A stretch of DNA of 32,000 nucleotides, taken from an uncultured Chloroflexia bacterium (lineage in GTDB: Bacteria; Chloroflexota; Ktedonobacteria; Ktedonobacterales; JADMIN01). Positions 16,466 to 23,379 of this stretch are shown here, piece by piece. The stretch spans positions 210,001-242,000 of the forward strand of contig CAVRAI010000009.1 of assembly GCA_963718915.1 (NCBI GenBank). The letters are read 5' to 3'. Position numbers and translations under genes: made by a program. Under the pieces are notes generated by a model. The model was not told where the DNA came from. It saw only the letters and a list, made by a program, of their open reading frames with translations, and did not search any database. Numbering within the stretch: the stretch's first letter is position 1; every line of letters begins with the position of its first letter.

Positions 16466-16595
16466 CGCTTTCCCCTTCAATTCTACGCCACATAGGGGTA
16501 CCGTTCAAGCAAGATCGTACCGCCGGAGCGAGAGACGCGCCACAGGTCGCACCTTTCCGGCGTTCCCAGAGAGTGTTAGCAGGGGGATACCACCG

Positions 16596-16856
16596 ATGAT
16601 GTACTTTCAGCCCTATCTGGCCAACGAGGCCAGACCCGCCTCGCCGCCACCGACACCCATCGTCTTCGAGCGCGCCGACCCCGCGCGGTGGGAGTATCAC
16701 GTCGTCTCGATCGATCCGCGTGAGGATGAGCCGCTGGACGAGCAGGCGCTGGCGACGCTGGGGAGCGATGGCTGGCTGCTCGCCAACATCCTCTCGCTGC
16801 CCAACGGCCAGACCATTTCCCGCATCTACTACTACTTCGTGCGCCAGGCCGAGTAG
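16596..16856 (+). CDS. DUF4177-like small protein
   Basis: 86 aa. WEYHVVSID...LATLGSDGWLLANILSLPNGQTISRIYYYFVR fits the DUF4177 pattern (WEYK..., GWELV). The RBS GGGGGA is upstream. Confidence 0.7.
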   Translation: MMYFQPYLANEARPASPPPTPIVFERADPARWEYHVVSIDPREDEPLDEQALATLGSDGWLLANILSLPNGQTISRIYYYFVRQAE

Positions 16857-16906
16857 TGGCGTTCCCATATTTGCCCGCCAGCGCGCGGGCAGGAGGATGA
16901 TTCGTC

Positions 16907-17590
16907 ATGCCATACACACCATATGAGATGCCCATACCCCAGGCAGCTAACGCCGCCAGTCTGGTCATTCCCACTGTCATCGAGTCGGGGTCGCGTGGCG
17001 AGCGCGCCTACGACCTCTTTTCGCGGCTATTGCGCGAGCGTATCGTGCTGGTTAACGGGATGGTTGAGGACCAGATGGCCAACCTCATCGTCGCCGAGCT
17101 ACTTTTCCTCGCCAGTGAGAACTCTGAGCGCGAGATCAACATGTACATCAACTCGCCTGGGGGCGTTATCACCGCCGGACTGGCGATCTATGACACCATG
17201 CGCTCGATTCGCAGTCCCATCTCCACCACCTGCGTCGGCATGGCGGCCAGCTTCGGCACGGTGCTGCTGATGGCGGGCGATCCCGGCCACCGCTATACGC
17301 TGCCGCATTCACGCATCCACATCCACCAGCCGTTGATTCAGGGCGGGCTGGGTGGCCAGGTGACTGATATCGATATCCACGCGCGCGAGCTGCTCCACAC
17401 CCGCGACGTGATGAACGAGATCATGGCGATGCATACTGGCCAGCCGCTGGAGCGCATCCGCCACGACACCGAGCGCGACTACTACATGAGCGCCGAGGCC
17501 GCCCGCGACTATGGTATCGTGGACGAGGTGCTGCAACTGGAGGACTGGCACACGCGCGGGACAAAGAGCGTCAAGGCCATCGAAGGGTAG
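16907..17590 (+). CDS. clpP: ATP-dependent Clp protease proteolytic subunit
   Basis: 227 aa with [36 protein letters not shown], the catalytic Ser in GMAASFG, His in IHIHQP and Asp in [10 protein letters not shown]. The RBS AGGAGG lies at 16891-16896. Confidence 0.93.
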   Translation: MPYTPYEMPIPQAANAASLVIPTVIESGSRGERAYDLFSRLLRERIVLVNGMVEDQMANLIVAELLFLASENSEREINMYINSPGGVITAGLAIYDTMRSIRSPISTTCVGMAASFGTVLLMAGDPGHRYTLPHSRIHIHQPLIQGGLGGQVTDIDIHARELLHTRDVMNEIMAMHTGQPLERIRHDTERDYYMSAEAARDYGIVDEVLQLEDWHTRGTKSVKAIEG

Positions 17591-17593
17591 AGG

Positions 17594-17641
17594 GACCGCC
17601 CTCTCCCCCAGCCCCTCCCCGCTCCGGGGAGGGGAGCCAGA
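17594..17641. repeat. dispersed C-rich/G-rich hairpin repeat, copy 2 (immediately after the clpP stop)
   Basis: GACCGCCCTCTCCCC is followed by a perfect 9-bp stem CCCCTCCCC (17612-17620) / GGGGAGGGG (17626-17634) and the tail CCAGA. Confidence 0.5.
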
Positions 17642-17699
17642 GTGAGCCTAGCAGACAGCGCGCTGGAGGACATCCGTTGATCTGGGTGAAGCGCGCCGT

Positions 17700-17754
17700 G
17701 GCCTGCCAACGAATGGGTGGGGAAATTCGCCGTAGCGTTGACGCTACGGCCTGC
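17700..17754. repeat. dispersed double-hairpin repeat, copy 2
   Basis: GGCCTGCCAACGAATGGGTGGGGAAATTCGCCGTAGCGTTGACGCTACGGCCTGC is the inverted counterpart of 7383..7435. This explains the shared peptide VNATANFPTHS in two spurious ORFs. Confidence 0.6.
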
Positions 17755-17869
17755 TAGCCCGCCACGGCGCGTGGTGTTCGGAAGAACAAGTAAAACTACA
17801 TCATGCCGCGAAGGTGGCCTACGACATCCCCCGCCCACGCCTGTTTGATATGTGTGAAAGGAGCGCGTC

Positions 17870-18877
17870 ATGCGCGTACTGATTCTCGGTGGCACGCAGT
17901 TTCTGGGGCGGCATCTGGCTGCTATCGCGCTGGCGCAGGGCCACAGCGTGACACTCTTCAATCGCGGCACGAAGAGCGAGGGGCTGTTTCCCGAGGCGGA
18001 GCATCTGCGCGGCGACCGTGACGGCGACCTGACCGCGCTGCAGGGCCGCAGGTGGGATGTCGCAATCGACACCAGCGGCTACGTGCCCCGTGTCGCGCGC
18101 GCATCGGCGGAGTTGCTGGCCAACGCTGTCGAGCACTACACGTTTGTCTCCAGCATTTCGGTCTATTCAAGTTGGCCCGAGGCGCCACACATCGACGAGA
18201 CGGCGCCCGTCGGCACGCTGGCCGATCCCACCATCGAGGAGGTCAACGGCGAGACGTATGGCCCGCTCAAGGCGCTCTGCGAGCAGGCGGTCGAGGGGAC
18301 GCTGCCAGGGCGAGCACTGATCGTGCGTCCGGGGCTGATCGTCGGGCCGTACGATCCAACCGACCGCTTCAGCTACTGGCCCGCGCGTGTGGCGCGAGGC
18401 GGCGAGATGCTGGCGCCGGGCAGGCCGGAGCGGCTGGTGCAGGTCATCGACGCGCGCGACCTGGCCGAGTGGGTACTGCGGATGGCGACCGCGCGCGCCA
18501 CCGGAACGTTCCACGCTACCGGGCCAGACTATCCGCTGGCGATGGCCGAGATGCTGGCGGAGTCGCGGCGGGTCAGCGGCAGCGAGACGACCATCACCTG
18601 GATCCCCGACGACTTCCTGGAGCAGCAGCAGATCGGCGAATGGGTTGAGCTGCCGCTCTGGATTCCCGAACGCGAGGGGCCAGGCGTTGGCGACGTGAAT
18701 TGCGCGAGGGCGATTGCCGCCGGGCTGACGTTCCGCCCATTGGCAGAGACGATTCGCGCCACGCTTGACTGGCTCGCCACCCGGCTCGCCGACTATAGCT
18801 GGAAGGCTGGCCTGACGTCCGAGCGCGAGGCCGAGACGCTGGCCGCATGGCACAATCGGCAGCAGGGTGCGGTATAG
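17870..18877 (+). CDS. NAD-dependent epimerase/dehydratase (extended SDR) family protein
   Basis: 335 aa with the N-terminal Rossmann motif MRVLILGGTQFLGRHL. The RBS AAAGGAG is upstream. Confidence 0.85.
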   Translation: MRVLILGGTQFLGRHLAAIALAQGHSVTLFNRGTKSEGLFPEAEHLRGDRDGDLTALQGRRWDVAIDTSGYVPRVARASAELLANAVEHYTFVSSISVYSSWPEAPHIDETAPVGTLADPTIEEVNGETYGPLKALCEQAVEGTLPGRALIVRPGLIVGPYDPTDRFSYWPARVARGGEMLAPGRPERLVQVIDARDLAEWVLRMATARATGTFHATGPDYPLAMAEMLAESRRVSGSETTITWIPDDFLEQQQIGEWVELPLWIPEREGPGVGDVNCARAIAAGLTFRPLAETIRATLDWLATRLADYSWKAGLTSEREAETLAAWHNRQQGAV

Positions 18878-18895
18878 CGAGAAGTGGAGGACATC

Positions 18896-19648
18896 ATGGC
18901 AGCTGAGCGCATCGGCATAATCAGCGATATCCATGGCAACGCCGTCGCCTTCGACGCGGTGTTGGCGGCGTTACGGGCGGATGGCATCGAGCAATTCGTC
19001 TGCCTGGGCGACGTCGCCGCGACCGGACCACAGCCACGCGAAGTGATCCAGCGGCTGCGCGACCTGAACTGTCCAGTGGTGATGGGCAACACCGACGACC
19101 ATGTGCTGGCGCCACCTGAGCCAGACTCCGACGACGAGGATGTCATCCGCATCCGCGAGATCGACCAGTGGAGCGCGGCGCAGCTTTCGCCGGATGAGCG
19201 CGCGTTCGTGGCGAGCTTCGCGCCGACGGTGACACTGCCGCTGGCCGACGGTGGCAGTCTGCTTGGCTACCACGGCTCGCCGCGGTCATACAACGACATT
19301 CTGCTGCCAACCACTGCGGTAGAGGAACTTGATGCGCTGCTCGGCGAGGTGACAGCGACGGCGACGGTGCTGGCGGGCGGACATACGCATCAGCAGATGC
19401 TGCGGCGGCATCATCGGGCGCTCGTGGTGAATCCCGGAAGCATCGGCCTGCCGATGGATCGGATTCCACCTGGCCCCGGAACGCGCAACCCATCGTGGGC
19501 CGAGTTCGCCGTGCTGACGTGTCGCGCGGGCGATCTGCGAATCGAGTTGCGGCGGGTGCGCTTCGACGCGCAAGCGTTGCTGGCGGCGGCGCGGCAGAGC
19601 GGGATGCCCCACGCCGAGTGGTATGCGAGCGACTGGGATATTGGCTGA
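18896..19648 (+). CDS. metallophosphoesterase family protein (YfcE/MJ0936-like)
   Basis: Motifs are IGIISDIHGN, CLGDVAATG, GNTD, GGHTHQQ and NPGSIG. The ORF track starts at GTG 18884. The ATG at 18896 has better spacing to GTGGAGGA. Confidence 0.85.
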   Translation: MAAERIGIISDIHGNAVAFDAVLAALRADGIEQFVCLGDVAATGPQPREVIQRLRDLNCPVVMGNTDDHVLAPPEPDSDDEDVIRIREIDQWSAAQLSPDERAFVASFAPTVTLPLADGGSLLGYHGSPRSYNDILLPTTAVEELDALLGEVTATATVLAGGHTHQQMLRRHHRALVVNPGSIGLPMDRIPPGPGTRNPSWAEFAVLTCRAGDLRIELRRVRFDAQALLAAARQSGMPHAEWYASDWDIG

Positions 19649-19704
19649 GCGAGCCAGCGCAATCGGGCCACGCCGAACACAAACAGGCAAAGTCGCGAGA
19701 ACTA

Positions 19705-19713
19705 TGGTATACT
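19705..19713 (+). promoter_or_regulatory. candidate extended -10 promoter element (TGGTATACT) for ssrA
   Basis: TGnTATACT lies about 40 nt upstream of the mature tmRNA 5' end. There is no good -35 hexamer. Confidence 0.35.
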
Positions 19714-19753
19714 GAGAGGCACGCAGTGATGTGCATGCTGCGTTCCACCTCAC

Positions 19754-20119
19754 GGGGATGTCGGGTTTCGACAGGCAGGAGAGGTGATCGTTTGCAGGCC
19801 GAGGTGCCGGTACACACATCTCGTAAAACAACCGGCAAAACTATGACTGCCGACAAGCAGCCTTCTCTCGCTCTCGCCGCCTAAAAACGGTCGAAGCGCA
19901 TCCGTCCGACTTGCGTCTCATGGGCCGGGTACGGGTGTAACACAATGAGGCTGGGTAGCGCGGACACCCGCTAAGCGCTGCCAAGAGCCAGTGGGCAGGT
20001 GTCGCTGAACCCCGTCGGTGGGGGTCAGTGATGCGTCATCAAAACGCCGGATAAGCCTGTAGCATATCGCTCATCGCGCTTGTTTGGACGGGGAGTTCGA
20101 CTCTCCCCCATCTCCACCA
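19754..20119 (+). ncRNA. ssrA: transfer-messenger RNA (tmRNA, SsrA)
   Basis: The 5' end GGGGATGTCGGGTTTCGACAGG pairs with the 3' end ...CATCTCCACCA, including the G3:U pair. A T-arm-like GGAGTTCGACTCTCC is present. The internal tag ORF GCC GAC AAG CAG CCT TCT CTC GCT CTC GCC GCC TAA (19849..19884) encodes ADKQPSLALAA. Confidence 0.93.
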
Positions 20120-20122
20120 TCT

Positions 20123-20158
20123 GAGCCCAGACCGCTTAAAGTCTGGGCTCGTGCTTTG
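20123..20158 (+). terminator. stem-loop terminator after ssrA
   Basis: A perfect 10-bp stem GAGCCCAGAC (20123-20132) / GTCTGGGCTC (20141-20150) with loop CGCTTAAA is followed by GTGCTTTGT. Confidence 0.6.
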
Positions 20159-20181
20159 TCCGAGTTGACTCCAGTTGTGAC

Positions 20182-21211
20182 CCTAAAGGCTGTACACAAA
20201 GGCTTTTTTCAGGGTTCACGCCACTCGGCGATAGTGGAAGGCTGGGTGGTTCTGCTCGCGTGCCAGGCGTTTGAGCATCAGACGCAGCATGCTCAGGTAT
20301 ACCCACGTCTCACTGGTGGAGGGCAGGAATTCATAATCCTTGCTCATCCGCCGGTTACGCCCGATCCAGGCAAAGGTCCGCTCCACTACCCAGCGACGCG
20401 GCAGGAGCTGGAAACCGGGAAGCCGAACGGGCGGCTCCTGGTCGGCCCGCAGCCACTGGCCGCGTCCCCCGGGCCGCGCCACCACCTGTAAGCGCCAGCC
20501 GAACGTCTCCCACACCCAGGTCTGCAACGGCCCGTTGTAGGCGCTATCCGCCCAGATCAGGTTCAGGCGCGGTAGGGTGGACTGGAGTTGGTGCAGCAGC
20601 CAGGGGGCGCCAGCGCGATCCGGGATATCGGCCGGATGCACGATGACTCCGAGCGCCAGGCCGAGGGTATCGACCAGCAGATAGCGTTTGCGGCCTGAGA
20701 GTTTCTTACCTCCATCATAGCCGTGTGGGCCACCGCGCTCGCTCGTCTTGACCGACTGGCTATCGAGAATGGCGGCGCTCGGCGTTGGCTCGCGACCTCC
20801 CCGCTGCCGCACCCGTTCGCGCAGCGTCGTGTGGATCTGCTTCCAAGTTCCGCTGAGGCGCCAGCGGCGGAAATAAGCATAGACCGTAGACCACGGGCCG
20901 TAACTGCGAGGCAGCATACGCCACTGGCAGCCACTGCGCGGAACATAGAAGATCCCGTCGAGGATGACCCGCAGATTCACGGAGCGTGGCCGCCCACCCA
21001 GCTTGGCCGACGGCAATAATGGCGCGAGAATCGCCCACTCCCGGTCGCTGCGTTCTGCGGGATAGGTGGCTGAGACTGGGGAGGCTCTCTCAGGCATACT
21101 CCGCCTCCTTGCGCTGGATTGACCGTTGATCCTTCCTACCTTACCGCGCTTCCCGCGATGTGACGAACAGCGCTCCTGCCAGAGCTAGAGCCTTTGTGTA
21201 CCGCCTTTAGG
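20182..21211 (-). mobile_element. IS5-family insertion sequence (about 1030 bp) with 22-bp terminal inverted repeats
   Basis: The left IR CCTAAAGGCTGTACACAAAGGC (20182-20203) matches the reverse complement of 21190-21211 (CCTAAAGGCGGTACACAAAGGC) at 21/22 positions. The element encloses a single DDE transposase ORF. No unambiguous target-site duplication is visible. Confidence 0.8.
20216..21097 (-). CDS. IS5-family DDE transposase
   Basis: 293 aa. The N-terminal region is EWAILAPLLP...GRPR...ILDGIFYVPRSGCQWRMLP...YAYFRRWRLSGTW, followed by DSQSVKT...KRYLLVDTLGLALGVIVHPADIPDRAGA...IWADSAYNG...RWVVERTFAWIGRNRRMSKDYE. Confidence 0.9.
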   Translation of the reverse strand: MPERASPVSATYPAERSDREWAILAPLLPSAKLGGRPRSVNLRVILDGIFYVPRSGCQWRMLPRSYGPWSTVYAYFRRWRLSGTWKQIHTTLRERVRQRGGREPTPSAAILDSQSVKTSERGGPHGYDGGKKLSGRKRYLLVDTLGLALGVIVHPADIPDRAGAPWLLHQLQSTLPRLNLIWADSAYNGPLQTWVWETFGWRLQVVARPGGRGQWLRADQEPPVRLPGFQLLPRRWVVERTFAWIGRNRRMSKDYEFLPSTSETWVYLSMLRLMLKRLAREQNHPAFHYRRVA

Positions 21212-21213
21212 CC

Positions 21214-21372
21214 GTGGAAGCCGATAACGCCGAATTACGCCACTACCTCGCACGGTTAGGGCGTCGGTCTCGTTGCTTCACCCGCTCCCTTCACCCGCTC
21301 CCTTCAGGCGCTGCCAGGCGCTGCGCGATGCCGTCAAACTCTTCGTCTATGCCTGGAATCGCCGCCAACTCT
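21214..21372 (+). pseudogene. probable C-terminal fragment of an IS1-family-like transposase (frame-broken)
   Basis: EADNAELRHYLARLGRRSRCFTRS is in one frame and ALRDAVKLFVYAWNRRQL in another. Together they resemble the conserved ...LR..LARL.R...CFS.S...L...KLF...N tail of IS1-type transposases. No upstream part is present. Confidence 0.35.
21277..21302. repeat. 13-bp direct tandem duplication (TTCACCCGCTCCC x2)
   Basis: The two copies at 21277-21289 and 21290-21302 are identical and lie inside the IS1-like fragment. Confidence 0.9.
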
Positions 21373-21374
21373 TT

Positions 21375-21422
21375 CGCCGTGTGCATCGCCGTGTGCATCG
21401 CCGTGTGCATCGCCGTGTGCAT
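21375..21422. repeat. 12-bp perfect tandem repeat CGCCGTGTGCAT x4
   Basis: Four identical head-to-tail copies are read directly from the sequence. In one frame they translate as AVCI x4. Confidence 0.9.
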
Positions 21423-21462
21423 CCCAAGTACTCATCCCACGTCTTTCACAATTCATCTACCC

Positions 21463-21714
21463 ATGACGTTAGCCACTCCCGTGCTGCTCGGTGATTTGAC
21501 GAGGGATACCTACGAACAATTGGAGTTATTCGCGTCTCCTCCTCCTTTGCCCGATGAGCAGCGACGGGTAATGGCGGCCACAGATATGATCAACGCGCGC
21601 TTCGGGCGCGACACGATCCAACTGGCGGCAAGTGGACTTGAACAGCCATGGGGCATGCGACAGGCGCATCGCTCACCCAGCTATACGACACGCTGGGAGG
21701 AGTTGGCGCGGGTC
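21463..21714 (+). pseudogene. C-terminal fragment (DUF4113 region) of a UmuC-like Y-family DNA polymerase
   Basis: VLLGDLTRDTYEQLELF...EQRRVMAATDMINARFGRDTIQLAASGLEQPWGMRQAHRSPSYTTRWEELARV matches the characteristic UmuC C-terminus. There is no N-terminal polymerase domain and no proper stop. Confidence 0.6.
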
Positions 21715-21911
21715 TGGGAGCAACACGCGCCCCCAGATGCAAGGACACGGCCTTTAGCTCGCGTCCGGCGCTGCGGAGGTGGCGGGCGCGTCTTCCACGG
21801 GGCTGGCGTGAAGCGAGGAGACGGTCAGCCCGTCGGGGAATGTACGAACACGCCGACCCGGCGCGCGGACGCCGTAGACGCCATACATCAGCGCCGCTAT
21901 TTTGCAGTTGG

Positions 21912-21940
21912 AGATGGGCTGCCGCAGAGACAGCCCATCT
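21912..21940 (-). terminator. hairpin downstream of the FKBP gene (possible terminator)
   Basis: A perfect 10-bp stem AGATGGGCTG / CAGCCCATCT with a 9-nt loop lies about 40 nt after the stop at 21978. There is no clear U-tract. Confidence 0.35.
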
Positions 21941-21977
21941 ATTACCTATCTTATGACGAGATGACGGGTTCCCATTG

Positions 21978-22358
21978 CTACCGCACGCCCAGCAGCTCCA
22001 CGTCGAAGATGAGCGTGGCGTTTGGGGGGATCACGCCGCCAGCGCCACTCGCACCGTAGCCCATAGTCGGCGGGATGATCAGCCGACGCTGTCCGCCGAC
22101 ACGCATACCTGAGACACCCTGATCCCAGCCCTGGATGACGCGCCCGCCGCCAAGCGGGAACCCGAACGGCTGGCCACGGTCGCGCGAGCTATCGAACTTC
22201 TGGCCTGTGGTGAGCCAGCCAGTGTAATGCACCGAGACGTTCTGGCCCGCCCGCGCCTCTGCGCCAGAGCCAACCACAACATCGATATACTGGAGGCCGC
22301 CCGGCAACTGACCCGGCGTTCCACTCACTGGCGGCGGCCCGCTATTTGGATTCGACAC
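21978..22358 (-). CDS. FKBP-type peptidyl-prolyl cis-trans isomerase
   Basis: 126 aa, VHYTGWLTTGQKFDSSRDRGQPFGFPLGGGRVIQGWDQGVSGMRVGGQRRLIIPPTMGYG...IPPNATLIFDVELLGV. The start is GTG. Confidence 0.92.
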   Translation of the reverse strand: MSNPNSGPPPVSGTPGQLPGGLQYIDVVVGSGAEARAGQNVSVHYTGWLTTGQKFDSSRDRGQPFGFPLGGGRVIQGWDQGVSGMRVGGQRRLIIPPTMGYGASGAGGVIPPNATLIFDVELLGVR

Positions 22359-22440
22359 GATCTTACCTGCTTCGTTCTTTGCTAAGGCTTGTCAGCCGAT
22401 ACACATCGTATGTTCGAGGCAGTGATATGATACCGCATCA

Positions 22441-23043
22441 CTACTCATCGCCGTCTACGTGCGGAGAACGCTGCTCCTCGTCGCCTTCCGCAGCCCATTC
22501 CGGCTCCGGCTCGACGCCCAGCGCATCCGCCAGGCGATTGTAATAGTTGAAGAAGCCGATGACCTCCACCGCTTCGAGGATAGCGGCATCGCTCCAGCCC
22601 GCAACACGCAGCGCCACGATGGCAGGCTCACCGCCCGCCTGTGGATCGCGCGTCACCTGGACGGCGAAATCGAGCAACATTCGTAGCGGCTGATCCAGGT
22701 CAGCCTGTCGGTAGTCATCCATCGCCACCTGCGATAGTCGCACATCGAGACCATCCGCCTCCAGCGCCGCGCGCAGATCGTCTCCGTGCGATTTCGTTCA
22801 ATAGTGGCAGCCATTCACGCGCGAAACTACCACCGCCAGCAGTTCGCGCGTCCAGCGGGGGAGCGCCCCCTCGCCCATCATCAGCGTCTGATAGAGCGCG
22901 ATGGAGGCGCGCAGCACGCGAGGATGAAGGCTCTGAATGCCCACAACATTGAAGACCTTGCCCGCCCGCTTGATGGCTGCGTCATACTCACGGCGCAACA
23001 TCCCATCCGATTCATCATATGGGACGGTATGGATATAGGGCAT
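22441..23043 (-). CDS. AhpD/carboxymuconolactone-decarboxylase-family peroxidase-related protein with in-frame TGA at 22798-22800 (candidate selenocysteine)
   Basis: Two same-frame ORFs are joined by one TGA: ...LLAVVVSRVNGCHY-TGA-TKSHGDDLRAALE...AVEVIGFFNYYNRLADALGV. The TGA sits where the second Cys of the family's CxxC...H motif is expected. The ATG at 23043 is preceded by GGGAAGGGAG. The product is 200 codons in total. Confidence 0.7.
22739..22790 (-). other. SECIS-like extended hairpin 8-59 nt downstream of the in-frame UGA
   Basis: The mRNA pairings are CGCAC/GUGCG (22786-22790 with 22739-22743), GAGAC/GUCUC (22780-22784 with 22747-22751) and AUC/GAU, plus U-G, G-C and C-G pairs and a GC-rich apical part. 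This was folded by eye only. Confidence 0.35.
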
Positions 23044-23379
23044 ACACACGCTCCCTTCCCGGTAAACCAGAACCAGGCACAACGAACTATCACCATTCTA
23101 TCTCCCTGGCCAAGAGCACGCCGCACGGCGATATACTACGCACGGCGATATACTAGATGTGGAGTGTGAGCGCTTCACATGGCATGGCATGGTATGGCAG
23201 GCGCTAAATCGCAGGTGGAGGTACTCATTCCACCTCCATCTAATTGCTGCACGCATGGACGTATGGTAAGCTGGGGCAGCGCGGGATAGCATACAATTAT
23301 CGTCTGGATGGCTGGCGATACCGAAAAGAACAGCGCGCATCGAGCACTCGGCGCGGCGAAGAGTGAGGAGGGGACGACG

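Noticed and set aside
20120-22000. Search for a direct repeat of the ssrA 3' end (attR) that would delimit an integrated island
   Set aside because: No second copy of the terminal TTCGACTCTCCCCCATCTCCACCA-like sequence was seen by eye downstream. Island borders therefore cannot be defined, and only a scar is claimed.
21214-22059. 281-aa plus-strand ORF spanning the IS flank to the FKBP gene
   Set aside because: It is a chimeric read-through: an IS1-like fragment, a translated tandem repeat (AVCI x4), a UmuC C-terminal fragment, and then antisense sequence of the FKBP gene. It is not a single real protein.
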